This document shows, in pieces, positions 40,182-54,236 of a stretch of DNA of 64,000 nucleotides. Positions within the stretch are counted from its first letter, which is position 1. Every line of letters begins with the position of its first letter. The notes under the pieces are model-generated. The model did not search any database. It was not told where the DNA came from and saw only the letters and a program-made list of their open reading frames with translations. Source of the DNA: Epiperipatus broadwayi (lineage: Eukaryota; Animalia; Onychophora); assembly GCA_028023455.1 (NCBI GenBank), contig JAQFVV010000006.1, positions 7,502,001 to 7,566,000 on the forward strand, in the 5' to 3' direction. A program made the position numbers and the translations under genes.

Positions 40182-42595
40182 CAAAACAAAAAAAAGCCAT
40201 TTAAATAAATCTCAAAAAAAAAAAGAGATGGAGAGAAACTATTTTAGAAATGATTTTTGTGATGGCTATAAACTAGTCTGTAATCCACAAATTTATCCAC
40301 ATACAGAACATGCTGTTCCGTTTCTTTCTATTTCCTTGATATTTTTAAAATGTTGTCTTATAGTTTCCTAAGTAGACCATTTTTCTTTCTGAAATACTTC
40401 AAGACCATGTCTAATTGTAGCTCTCTAATGTATTCTATCCTCTGCCATATCTTCCCAATGGAAACAACTGACATTAGATTTCTTTAGAATGGCTTAGAGG
40501 TAATCTTTATGGTGTAAATAGATTCTATTGCTCCCATACATACCATGCTCAATTTCACCATAAAATATTCTTTTAAAAATAATTTGCATATAATAATTGC
40601 ATATTTATTAAAAATAATTTGCATATAATAATTGCATATTTATTAATTTTCAGAATTTCTACTTTTACACAAATTTTATTTGTATTGACATCAATATATT
40701 TGACTCAACGTTTATCAAATAGTAGTAACTATGTGTGATCATCCTCACTAAAGTCATTTTTCATCTGATTTAAATACTCAAACATTAATCTGAGCCTTTA
40801 TTTATTACTATAAATTAATATATTAGGCTCCTTGTGACTTCAAATGCATCACTCAATGAATAAGCTGATACAATCACAGCACATAAATAAAATTATCTTT
40901 AAGTGGGAGTGGAAGAGTCTTCAACAGTTCCTCACACAGTTAATAAAAAGGGAAAGACCCTACCCAATACACCGGCCAAAAATGTCAGCTGGTGAAGATT
41001 TGAGCCTTTTAAGATCTTTGTTTTAGTCTCCAGCTACAAACACAACAAAACTATTTACTGACCAACATTGAATGATCACCTGAATTGTCTAAGATTATGA
41101 GAAAAATATTCTATGGCTGATTAAAACCTGCAAAACATTCAAATACCCTTAGCCCAAATTCAAACCTGTGCTATTATACCACAATTCATGTGAATGCATT
41201 ACGATGACTGTGGAGAATGTTTTACTAAAGTACAAATTATTTATCTCATTGGTAATACGTCTGTTTGTCTTTCTGCCTACCTATCTGCCCATTTATCTAT
41301 CCATCCATCCATCTATCTATCTTTCCAACCTTCCAGCTATCTATCCATTTATATATCAGTCCATTCATCTATACATCTACATATCCATCCATCTATATAA
41401 ATATTATAACATACAGAGCAACATTAGAAGCCAGACCCTGAGTCGTTGATGCTTGCCCCAAAACAAGATGAAATATTTTTGCACTACTGCGCTGTGATGA
41501 TAAAACTAAAAATAATAAAGCCTATAATAATCACAAGAAATGTACTATTATACAGTATCCTTATGTCAATATTTTTTTATAAAAAAAAATTTTGATTTCT
41601 TATATTGGTTTTTGTTCACAAAACGTACACATATACATACCACCTATATGCTTTCAACATACAATTAGCAGGGATCTGAACTCAAACTTTCAAGTTCCTC
41701 ACAGCCATCAACTCCATCTTATACAACCTATACACATGACCACGTACATGTGAAAACGATAAATGATCTCCAATACGTTTTCAACATGTGTATGCATATG
41801 TGTACGTGTTTAAAATTTGTAGCACAATATGGCTCACTTTTATCCATGAATTTCAATCTGTGTTATGGCTTGGAATGGAATGTTACAAATATGGACGGAC
41901 TATGCAATACATATATATATATAGGGATCGATACATATACATGCTAAAATATATATATATGACTTTTCTGTCATCTAAAAAAAAAAAAAAGGAGAAAGGT
42001 TAGGGAGAAGAAAACGATTTATTCTTTTAATTTAAAATTAATAATGTCATGGTAATCTTCCATAAATAATTTGATTTTTTTTTTTTTTCTAGTAATAAGA
42101 TTTATTTAAAGAAGTAATACAAAGAAATTAAAATTTAATCAATCTGAAGATGAAAAAAAAATTAAAAAAAAATGCAATTAATATTTAAAATGATTTCTCA
42201 TGGGAATTATTTATTCTGAAATACTGCAGATAGCAGTGAAGAATCTTGCTGATAAAGAGGCCATTTTTAGATTATTTTTTAAAAAAAACAAATACTGAGT
42301 ACAGTATACCATATCAACCAAGTGATTAGTCAAAAACATTATTAATAATATTTGTTGATACTGGCAGTATTTTTACTAATTAACTGATACATCTTTATTG
42401 TCATGGATATTTTTTTAAGAATTAATATTTTAATCAATCTAATTGATATTAAATTAAAAATAATTCAATATTTAAATTTAATTTATTAACATTAGTAATC
42501 TTTTCATAAAAGTCAATATATAATTCTAAGAGCGAATGCAATTTGCTTATACCGAATGTTTCCTATAGATGCAATTACAAGGATTTGAACTCATG

Positions 42596-42639
42596 CCCAA
42601 CTGATGAGTGCTGGTTCTGCACGAAATACGTATATTGGG
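42596..42639 (+). ncRNA. Minimal type I hammerhead ribozyme, family A (best copy)
   Basis: CCCAA-CTGATGA-GTGC(TGGTTCT)GCAC-GAAA-TACGTA-TA^-TTGGG. Stem I 5 bp, stem II with G10.1-C11.1, palindromic stem/loop III; predicted cleavage after 42634 (AUA). Confidence 0.85.
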
Positions 42640-42780
42640 AATCACGAGTCTTTATCGTATGTGTGTGGTCATGTGTATTGGATAGCTGAAGAGAGCTTGA
42701 AAGTCTGGATTCAAATCCCTTATAATTACATCTAAACTCCAGGGATATAAAGTATACATGTATTTAAAGATACATGATAT

Positions 42781-42823
42781 CCAATATATGTATTTCGTGC
42801 AAAACCAATTCTCATCAGTTGGG
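42781..42823 (-). ncRNA. Family A hammerhead with a damaged stem II
   Basis: Minus strand reads CCCAA-CTGATGA-GAATTGGTTTTGCAC-GAAA-TACATA-TA-TTGG. Confidence 0.5.
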
Positions 42824-45800
42824 CCAGATCATAATCTCCATACACAAAATACGATGTACTTTGGGGATCATGCATATTTTTGCATTTGTGTGGTCACGTA
42901 TATCAGTTGATTGAGATGGAGGATGGAATGAGTAGACTGAAAAATCCTGAATTCAAATTCTTCTAGTTATAGAATGCAATACAGTAAATTATATATCCAT
43001 TAGTGATTAATTTTAATACTAAATATTTAATCTAATTTATATAGTGTGTTTACTATGACCCATTTGAAACCATGTGTGATCATCTTAAATTCAGAAAAGA
43101 TGCAAAAAAAGAGAAAAAATTAGACAGAATTACATTGACTGCCCAAACAAATCCATGAATCACAAATATATTCCCATAAAAATAATTTGATTACCCTTTA
43201 ATCTGTTTACATGGCATCTTATGAATCTGTTTTTTAACCTCTTTTGCATTGAACAATCTATTATTGTATGGTCACAATTTAATTACAAAGGAATGGATTT
43301 TATTTTATAAGACACGTGCAAAATGATCTAAAAACACCATTTTATCTCGTCCACAAAATGTGCTATATAAAAAACAAACATGCAAATGTATCTTTTCTCT
43401 CCAATTGAATACTCCTATAAATATTTACAAAGTACCGCATTTGTGGATCTTTAGGGAGTGCTAATCGACTTTTAAATTTCCTTTGTGCTCCTGCAGCTAC
43501 CTGCAGTGCTATTTTTCAAATTTTGCATTCATTATGATGGCAGATAAAATAATGTTTTATTATTTCAAAATGCTTCTGAAGAGGGCAGAAATCTATATTC
43601 AGAAAAAAATTTAAAGAGTTTGAACCATATCTACTAGCATGTGGATTAGTTCAGAGCAGTGGCATGGATAAATATAAATGCAATTATTTTATTTTTGGAA
43701 ATCAGAAAAATATACCTTGTCTCCTAGTTTATGTAAATATTTACGATTATTTTTATATAATATTTATATAATAATTATTTAAAAACTGAAGTATATATTG
43801 TTACAATTTGATTTTATGTGAATATGTTTTATTTTAAAAAATAGAAGTTAACAAATTCAATCAAAATAGTAAACAAAAAAACTATGGTGGCGAGATCATA
43901 AACATCGTTTTTAACATGCTGTATGCAATGTTTGTAATAGTTTAAAAATTATAAATCCAATTACAGAACAAAATTTGATAGATTTATGATAGCTTCACTT
44001 CTATTCATTCACATTTTAAAAATCAAGTTCAATCGACAGAGATTTCTTTTTTTTTTTGATCAGATGAGTTGACTTTCTTTTACATCGTCCAATCAGAAAA
44101 ATGTTCATTGCTCTCACTATGTATTACTTTTATTATTTTTTTCTTTATTTGCAAAGTTCAAACATAATATTTTAGAATGTTTTCCATTTGTAATCATTAT
44201 ATTTAGATCAGATCAAGTTCAATTTATTAAATTCTAATACAGAATAAAGATTCAATAGTAAATTTAATGACTAAATGATTACAAAAATTGTCACCAGGGA
44301 GAACAATGGACATGTTTTCACTAATTGACGAATTAAATTAAGAACAGAAATCCATTTTATCCTTATGTATTTGTAAGCTTGACTAATCTGTGTTTACCGG
44401 ACAGTAGTTTCACTTAAAATTCATCTCCAGACTACATTCTAGATTAGGCTTTTATCAATGAAAACTCAAGTTTTTGTATATAAATAAGGTAGTAAATAGA
44501 AAAAAATCAAATAACATGTCTATTGTTTCCAATTTAACAAACTTCTAAACATCCTTGTTAGTTCATTATGATATATATATATATACAATATGGTAAGGAT
44601 GAGATAAAAAACATAACTCCAATATATGAGTGATATTAAATACAATCTCTTCTAGTATCAAATGGGTCTGCTTATAACAAATGAAAATCCTTTCATTCTT
44701 TTTTCAAGCTCTTTTATGGATGTTTAATTGGACTACAATATTAGTAATTTTAAAATTTAAATAGGCAGAAATGTCCATATAAAGCCTCACTCAAAAACAA
44801 TTATAATCTAATATACAAAAGGCAAAATTAATTGTTCATTATATTAATAACCTCATGGACAAATGATAGACAATTATATGTGTAACATTAGATTAAACCA
44901 CACTAAATAATATAAAATATAATCAAGGACACAACTCCTAAGACACTTTGCTGTTCGTTTATGAGATTATTAAAATGACTTGCAATGAACTGTGACTTTA
45001 TAATTTGGATTGATGAATTTAAAGTTGTTTCCATTCCATATATGACGAGCACATTGATGTTAAGGGTTTATATCTCTGGTTATATTTAAAATTATTTTGC
45101 ACTATCAAGCAAGCACTTTTGTCTGAAAGAAATCCACATCCTGGCAGTGAAGATTTGAGCATTCCTCCATCTTTGTTTTATCCTCGAACTAAGAATAGCT
45201 AAATATCCATTAACTAGACAATATTGGACAGTTAAATTTCTGAGTGCTAGGTTTTCAGATTTGTCCTTCCTAAATTTGAACTTAGATTGTATGCACGGCA
45301 AGTCACACCATAAAACTTTTTAGTTATTATAGAGATGAGTATCAACATGTCAAATTATGGAACTGCTAATTAGAATACCATTAAACTTGTAAACCTGCAG
45401 ATTAATGGTTCTAAGTGTATAATGTTTAAAAATCACTACAATGTCCAATAAAAAAATATAAACTAACTGTTTTGAGATGTGGACTCAGATACATTTATTC
45501 ACAGATAACATGGTCGAAAATTTCATAATGTTTGAGGTGGTTTGGCATACACATATATATCTCAACTTTTAAATACATAAATTACCCAGCATTCTTTTGG
45601 TATATTGCATGTAAAAATAACTAAAATAAAAATGCTTTTGTAATATAAAAATTCTGAAAAATCTTCTACAAATAATACCTTTCTTCATTCGTGGCTATTT
45701 TGATCGGAAAAAGTAATTACCAAGTCCACAAGAGCATAATAACATAGTCCGATGCTTATGAAATCATATTGTAGCTGAATCTTGGAAGCAAAAAATCAAA

Positions 45801-46607
45801 ACTATGATCCATGAACCTTTGGCTATCGAATCCAGCACTCTACCATCACGCTAAAACAAACCATATCCAACAAAGTAATATTAAATGATTTGATGCTTGG
45901 GAGGTCTTAAGGTATTTGAGCATTAAAACTGAACAGATTCAAGTTGTGCTCCAGGGAATGTTAGCTTGCGAGTCTACAATACTCCACCACTGCCCTAAAT
46001 TATACAGAACAAAACAATATAGTCTTCCAATTGAGAGGTCATATTATATCGAATCACCAGAAATGGTAGAAGAGGAACAAATTAATCAAACAGTTTGAGG
46101 TTGAGAGGTCATAGAATGTTCAGACAATGCAAATAGTAGAAATGAACTGTAATCCAGAGACTTTTAGGTCTGCCACTCTACCACTGCCCAAAACACACTG
46201 GACAAAAAAATACAATAACATCATAATATAAAAGCATTCCTTTCTGTCAATCATTTCATGTTCATGTTCATTCACAATGAAAAACTCAACTGATTTCTCT
46301 AACTTAACCTCAATCAATTGTGCAAATTGTGAAATTTTACTTGCCTAACAATTTTGTAGTTTTGATAGTAACTGGAAAGGATAATAATCACAGGTGTAAC
46401 ACCAACAGATCAAGGATCATCATTACTTTTACTACGATTCCCCAATCCACTGAGCATTTATACTGCAAGGAAATGAATGACGAATAAAAGGGAAAGCATG
46501 ATTTAACCTTCACATTATCCTAAAAAAAAGTGGCTTTTAATAGCATATATTTTACATTTTTCATTCTTAAATCTACATAACTTCTTTATATGACAAACCC
46601 TATCACA

Positions 46608-47057
46608 TCAATCGCATGCAGACCTGTTACTTGCAGAGTTCTTAAATGACTTTTCCATTATTGCTTTATTTACACCTGTCAGATTTCTTTCCCTTTCCAA
46701 AATTGTTTTAAATTCCAGAGCATTTTTCAACATGACATTCTGCACTATACCCTTTCCACTGGCTGATTTAAATATTAAATCAGCTTCGCTAAGCAAGATT
46801 TTCCAAAGATTATGATCCTGCATCCTGTAAAGCAATTGGTTTAGGAATATGTCTTCAAGATCTGATGTGAATCCATAAGGTTTCACTAAAGTTCTTAAAA
46901 CTAGATTATAATACCGATAGCTCACTTGAGGTAATTGCTTCTGCATTCGAAATCTTAAATATGCCACTATCTTTGTTGTTTCTGGTTGAAAATAAGTGTT
47001 TCGATTTTCCAGTAGTTCACTAGGGTGTGCATCTTCTGGAATCCCAGGATTGCACAA
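46608..47057 (-). pseudogene. Decayed Ty3/gypsy gag-like fragment
   Basis: The 149-aa ORF follows the gypsy gag pattern (YFQP...RFR..Q...LRTL....F...LED.FL.QL...MQD..L.K.LLSEADL). Confidence 0.65.
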
Positions 47058-48213
47058 TTGATCACTATTAATAATACATCCATTCCAGAAAAATGAGTGT
47101 AAAAACTTTCGTCCTGTTCTCGTCTATCTTTGAACGTGTCATATTACAATCTATATGTTGAACATAAATAGTCCATAATGAGGGTTTTTTTTTTCATCAA
47201 ACTCTCTTAAATTTTGACTGCGTGCTGCCATCTTCTTTTTCTTTAATCACTGTACCTATCACGATACGGCCACTAATTATGCCTCATCAAACTCTCTTAA
47301 ATTTTGACTGTGTGCTGCCATCATCTTTTTCTTTAATCACTGTACCTATCATGATACGGCCACTAATTATGCAATCTGTTGTCGACTATGCCAACTGCTA
47401 TATTCATGGAAATTTCTATCCAGCTGTGATAATGTTAATAATAAAATAAACAGACACTTTTAGATTTCAGAGAATTTATTCTTAAGCTGAATTAACAGTA
47501 ACAATATATATATATATATAATATAATAAATATTTTCTCTATAATATTTTGGAGGTAGCAACAAATATAAATAGTCTACTACGTTTCTGCACTCATGGCT
47601 CGTACTCGGGGGTTCATTAATATTTCTATTATGTTGCAATTATCCCTAATGCATTTAAATACAATTCATTACGTCTATTTAAGTGATATTTTCTGTGTAC
47701 ACTTTTCACCCCTCTGTGTCTGTGTACACTTTTCATGCTTCTGTAAGAATAGCTATCAACTATCAGCAGCATTCTGGTCCATTTGACTACTGCTACTGTG
47801 CAGATTCTCGTATCCATTGAGAGAGAGTTCTCTTATAACTCATTTGCATAACAAATATTCATACTTTTAATACCCTTTTTAGAGTGAATTACTTCTGGGA
47901 GTAAATTGTCTCCACTGGCAGCACTAATTACATAATCAAAATAATACTTTATTTATGATATTTATAATAATATTAGCGCCAGTCACTGCAACAAAGTAGC
48001 CAACATCTGAGATATTTTTAGAGATGAAACCTACATTTAGTATTTTCTTAGTTTTCAATCACTCCTGGCATCTATGGACAAAACAAAAACGAACAAAAAA
48101 AACCAATAGAACCATTTGCATTTAAATGGAACTGTTCAGTGTAAAATTGAACTAGCATCCTTTGGCTTTTTGTAAATCTAATGTCATGATATATATTACA
48201 TAATAATTTTTTA

Positions 48214-48740
48214 CAGAGACTATAACCTCGATAATATGCGTATAAAATGCGATAGTATGGACCTCTATAGGTGTTTTAACCACAAGCTTACACTATGGAA
48301 GAAAAGAGGGGAACCCTTCCCTACTTCAACCTACTTTCTATTTAAATAGGTGAAGCTGAAGCGGTTAGATCTGCAAGCGTGAAGCTATTCAATACTTCAC
48401 TGATTAAGTCCACATTTCTTATTACACATTAATACTCACAAAATCTTTAAATTACTGTAATAGATTTCTAAATATAAAATCTTTCCATTGACTTGTTGTA
48501 AATCGAAAGATTTCGCGAGTATTAATGTGTAATAAGAAATGTGGACTTAATCAGTGAAGTATTGAATAGCTTCACACTCACAGATCTAACCGCTTCAGCT
48601 TCACCTATTTAAATAGAAAGTAGGTTGAAGTAGGGAAGGGTTCCCCTCTTTTCTTCCATAGCATAAGCTTGTGGTTAAAACACCTGTAGAGGTCCATACT
48701 ATCACATTTTATACGCATATTATCGAGGTTATAGCCTCAG
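48214..48740. mobile_element. Foldback MITE (TA-flanked, Tigger-like ends) with ~235-bp arms
   Basis: CAGAGACTATAACCTCGATAATATGCG at the left end and its near-complement at the right end; arms almost perfectly complementary. Confidence 0.85.
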
Positions 48741-49315
48741 TAAATATTACTACATAATCAATGTGCATTTAATAAATTTATAATTACAACTTTAAATAAT
48801 TTTTTTCTGTAGCAGGAATGACTCAATGGCAAAGCACGGTGCATTCTACAAAGTTGAAAAGAAAAATTTGGTGGAAAAAAAAAAACGTGTAACAAATAGG
48901 GTGTATTAACATTATAATAAAAATATAAATATGTGTCAAATGTATAAAAAAATACAGGTAAAAAGTTGACCAATCTTTAAATATCCCCCTGCAATGCAAA
49001 AGTATCTACAACAGTCTTAAACACAGTAGTAATGAGGCAGCTAGAGGTAGACATTAGGTTTTTGACTTATGATTAAAAACATTTTGAGCATATTTTATCC
49101 CATGTATTATTTTTAATGAACAAGCCTGATAATCATTTAAGATATAGATAGAATAGCAATAGGAAAATTACTTAAAAAAATATGTAAGTCTGATAAAAAA
49201 AATTTGCAACTTATTACCACCCAGATTGAATACTAGTTCAAAAGCAAAGATACCAGTATATTGCATGGGAAACACAAGAACCTTTCAATTAATAGGTGTA
49301 AATGTGCAATCTTAC

Positions 49316-49473
49316 CTGATTTCCTGAGGTGTTTCAGTTGTCATTACAGCAGGGTGTGATGGTTTACGGTGCGATTTAGGAATGTAGCTTAACCAATGTT
49401 TAGCTTCTTCATAGGTACATTGGAGGTGGAATGAGTTAAAATGGGTTGCTAAATCAATCATGTCTTCTTCTAT
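49316..49473 (-). CDS. BLTP2: Coding exon, BLTP2-like (IEEDMIDLATHFNSFHLQCTYEEAKHWLSYIPKSHRKPSHPAVMTTETPQEI-S)
   Basis: Pyrimidine-rich ...ATTAG acceptor and AG|GTAAGA donor. 158 nt, phase 0 to 2. IDL...EEAKHWL parallels the recalled human IDLS...QEFSHWL. Confidence 0.8.
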
Positions 49474-51539
49474 CTAATTATAAATATAAAAATAAATTAA
49501 TCAAATAAGGCCGCATAAAAAATAATCTGGACCAAAAACAATGTCTTCCTTTCCCATTATATACAATAAACTATATACTATTGTATAATTTTTAGAGTTG
49601 AAATGATGTGGCAATGATTACAATTAATAAATCAAATAACATAAAACCAAAATATGTATAAATGCATCAGTAAATGTAACACTTTATGAAAATCCGGCTT
49701 TAGAACAAATCTCATTATGTCTGGTGAAGAAAATAGTGAAATTCAAAATATGCTGATTATTGGATGATAAAAAATTTTGATGAGATTTTTTCTTGTTTAA
49801 TTCCCTAGTAGAGATTAGCTGGATGATAGTTATCAATCAATACCTAAATGATAAGCTAGATTAAGTACAGGTCAGCTACCTGAAAAAATCTCGTTTAATC
49901 CCCTAGCTGAGATTAGCTACATATTTATCAATCAATATCTAAATAATTAGTCGGATTAAGTATAGGTTAGCTATCTGAAATAAATATTAAATTTGATTGG
50001 AAATTGAAAAAATTTCCACGATTTATCCGATCTGATGAACTTCAATTTAGACTAGATGGATATCTTAACTACTATGCTACAAAGTCTTTTATGACAAACA
50101 CTGTTAAGACGCCAATTTACTCTTCTTAGATCAAGTTATTCAAACAGAAGCCAATCTCTGATAATGCGCTATTTCTTAAATATTATAAATCTCTATGCAC
50201 TTGCTCAAATGGAAGCCAATTTCCGATAATGTGCTATTTCTTAAATATTACAAATCTCCATGCACTCGTTCGCCAATAAGAGTTTAAAAACTTAAGCGAT
50301 TCACTTAAGTTTAGAGCATATTTGTATAGACACCAACTCTCACTGACCGTGCTTTAATGAGAACTTGAGTCTATTGTGTGCCTGATGTTATAATCAAATA
50401 TTGAATTGTATAAATTTAGTTAACCTATATAAAATTAAAATTGTATATATTAAAATTTAAGCCATAAAGCCTATATTTTTATTAAAGTTATGCTTATAAA
50501 TTATAAGTAATATAAAATATTTGCAAAAAATGCATGAGTCATGACTAAAAATAAAAAATATGCATCAAGAAAATGATGGACATGAGTCTATATAGGAATA
50601 TCACGCCTCCAACACTAGTGCACACGACTGTGCCATTCATATGTATAATAGTATTCATTCGGTCAGCCCGGATTAATGTGAAACCTTTGCTCTACACAAA
50701 AAATATGTAGAAACCCATTTACCCATCGATATAAATGATGTTATGTTAGTTATGAGCTTTCTATTTGAAAAAAATGTGTCATTATGACCTGAATCAATTC
50801 CTATGATTCATTCAATATGATTTCAAATCACAGTTACAGATATTGCAAAGATTACCGGCTATTATATCACAAGACTCTTACCAAGGACAATGAATCTAAA
50901 ATATATAGCAAATGGTAAACTTATTTCCAATCAAAAGTCTTATGGTTTATGCTTGTAGACTAATGGTAAAAGTCATTATCCTTTACATCTATTTCTATTC
51001 ATTTAGCTGTGTTTTCCCCAATATTATATGTAATTTCTGGTGTTCACTAAAGAACCAAATGCTGCTAATAATACTTCAGCACCCCTTTACTTATTTAGAT
51101 TCTCCAGCCAATGCTGAAAACATTTGCATTATCTGCCTATATATATATGATTACAGATGGAGCTCTACCAATAGCCCACTCAAGCTGTCAATAAATGCTG
51201 AGAGAGAATCGAAAATAAATTATCTCTCTCAGCATTTATTGACAGCTTGAGTGGGCTATTGGTAGAGCTCCATCTGTGATCATAAAATGCAAGCTATAGG
51301 CAGGTTAAAAAAAAAAAAAAATTTTTTTTTTTTTTAAACTTGTTCTTGTTTATCATATATATATATATAATATCTTTATAAACATATGAGACCATTAATG
51401 GAAGTGGGATTCCACCCTATTGTTAAAAGGAGGTTGCCTTGACAACAGTTTGAAATTATTGATTGTTATCTATATTGGTATTGTCTAAGTGTTGTCTGGT
51501 TTCTAATGGTTATATATATATATTATAAATTGAATTTTT

Positions 51540-52345
51540 TTAACAAATGTGATGGTTTAAATATTTTAATATATAGAAATATCTGTTACATTTCCATATT
51601 AGAAAAATTACTACCAGATGTTAATGGACAGTAATCAGTGAAAATAGTAAACTGTAAATACTTCATGCATTCAAAAGAGAACTTCTAAACACAATCTCTT
51701 GGTATTAAATAGGGATTTAAGTGCTACAGTATTTATTTACTGTATAAGGGGGAAAAAGCTCACAACCTTTCACACACTCCTTAATAATTTTAGACTGTTC
51801 CACGGATCAGTTAGATGTTATAAATGAAAAATTTTTAATAGATGCAATGGTTTAAATATTTTAATATGTGGAAATATCTGTTACATTTTTATATTACAAA
51901 AATTATCTTCAGATGTTAGTAGACAGTAATCACTGCGAATAGTAAACTGTACATGTTTATTTTTCAGTTTACTATTTTCAATGATTACTGTTTATTAACA
52001 TCTGATGGTAATTTTTCTAATATAAAAATATAACAGATATTTCCACATATTTAAACAATTACATCTGTTAAAAATGACTAATTTATAATATCTAACTGAT
52101 TGGTGGAACAGGCTTTTATTTCTAAAAAATGTGTAAATGGTTGTTAGCTTTCTTTCCTTAGACTATAAATACTGTAGCGCCTTAGTCTCTATATGATACC
52201 AAGAGACTGCATTTAGAAGAAGAATCCTTTTGAATGCAAAAGCATTTACAGTTTACTATTTTCACTGATTACTGTCTATTAACATCTGATGATAATTTTT
52301 ATAATATGAAAATATAACAGATACATTAAAATATTTAAATATATA
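51540..52345. repeat. ~800-bp palindrome whose arms are each ~1.4 tandem copies of a ~300-bp unit
   Basis: AAATATCTGTTACATTT...CAGATGTTA...AATAGTAAACTGTA occurs twice forward and twice reversed; centre near 51960. Confidence 0.85.
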
Positions 52346-52634
52346 TATAAGAATTAGCAAATCTGGTAAGTATTCAAACAAAAGTGAAATTCATTACAAT
52401 TTAGATGTAAACAAAGCCTCATTTATATATAGCCTATGTCTAACTTTCATGGTAGAATCCATTTCTTATTCGTTTTTGAGTCCATGCAAATGAAAATTTT
52501 TTAAGTCAAATATTTGTTTTTTATCCTCGACATTCAGAAATAATAAAATTAGAGTAACAATATATTGTATTTATCCACACATCAACCATGCTTTCTACTT
52601 GTTTCTATAATGTTCATTATTCTTACAAACAGAT

Positions 52635-53408
52635 ATATTTCATTCCAATATCAGCCTTTCAAGCCAATTGAGCATGCGCCTTTGAGAGTGTTAAATAAAT
52701 GAATACTCTCTTCTTCAATCCAAGATATAGCATTTATGCAGGAATAAAAAGAATCCCTCTTATTCCTACAACTCAAATTCTTTTATATGAGCAAATCTGA
52801 AGAACTGTTAAAGAGAGCGTGAGTAGATTCTCACTTTAAATTACTATTTACGATGTTTTTCAGATTTGCTCATATAAAAGAATTTGAGTTGTAGGAATAA
52901 GAGGGATTCTTTTTATTCCTGCATAAATGCTATATCTTGGATTGAAGAAGAGAGTATTCATTTATTTAACACTCTCAAAGGCGCATGCTCAATTGGCTTG
53001 AAAGGCTGATATTGGAATGAAATATAATTGCAAGCACGGCGCTAGATAAAATATTTGCTTATTTACTCATAATTAAGTTTCAGTAAGAATGACGTCTAGT
53101 AAATTCTAAGTAATTACACCGGCGTCGTTCAGTCAAAAAACATCGTAAATAGTAATTTAAAGTGAGAATCTACTCATGCTCTCTTCAGAAGTTCTTCAGA
53201 TTTGCTCATATAAAAGAATTTGAGTTGTAGGAATAAGAGGGATTCTTTTTATTCCTGCATAAATGCTATATCTTGGATTGAAGAAGAGAGTATTCATTTA
53301 TTTAACACTCTCAAAGGCACATGCTCAATTGGCTTGAAAGGCTGATATTGGAATGAAATATAATTGCAAGCACGGTGCTAGATAAAATATTTGCTTATTT
53401 ACTCATAC
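52635..53408. repeat. ~340-bp unit in partial tandem with a near-identical inverted copy at the left
   Basis: 52635-52860 is the reverse complement of 53140-53360; 52860-53070 repeats 53198-53408. Confidence 0.9.
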
Positions 53409-53659
53409 ATATATATTGTAGTTGAATGGAATAGATATATACTAAAACTCATTTATTTGCATTGGATAGGAAACTATTTCATGTCTCTGGCTGAGTTGCA
53501 AAATTTAACAGAAATGCAGTCTTAAAAATGTTTAGACATATGTGAAATACCTGATTTCTGTAACAATACTTAGATTATGCCTGAAAAAGACATTAATTTT
53601 AAGGTATCATCTCTACTTCGTAAAAAAAACTTCTATAAGTCTTCCACAGGCCAAACATA

Positions 53660-54236
53660 AACTTAAAACTTCTACTTAGTCAACACATTACAAAATTTGA
53701 CCACCACAATGCAATGATGACTGTGCATACCATTAAGACAATATGGTCTATACGATGTACTATGATATTTGACAACAAGAAATTCAACTGGATGAGAAAA
53801 CTCTATAGAGATTGGGAAATTTATTTCAATCAATGTCTGAGATACTTGCCAAGGAAGATGATGAATCAAATCTGGGGTAGTCCTGGAATAATTCTATGTG
53901 AGATTATCACATAAACATTTGTCTTGAATAAAAGTTTAATTCTTATGGGTGGCTTATTCCTTGGGCTAATCAATCATTTTGTTGCATGTTTTGCTCATTT
54001 GAGTTGCATGTTTTAGAGTCTCCTTCTATTACAGTGTTACAAGTCAATATCCTTGAGTGGAAGAGAACTAGTTACTTGCCTGCAGTCTTTTTGGTCTTAA
54101 TAGTGGAATATATCAAATTCTTTGGGTTTTGGTATACAAAACTGTAACATATTTATCATCTGTTTAATTACTTGTAAAAATTGTAAATAGTTATTGTGTT
54201 AATAAAGGTTTTTTTATATATTAAAAAAAAAAAAAA
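53660..54236 (+). mobile_element. L1/Tx1-like 3' remnant with a poly(A) tail
   Basis: TIWSIRCTMIFDNKKF (W..RC...F pattern); AATAAA near 54199 and an A-tract at 54222-54236. Confidence 0.5.

Larger units (their letters stand above)
42565..42975. mobile_element. Family A cluster with alternating orientations and two hammerheads
   Basis: Inverted terminal fragment 42570-42593, plus copy 42594-42765, minus piece 42781-42845, plus piece 42860-42975. Confidence 0.75.
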
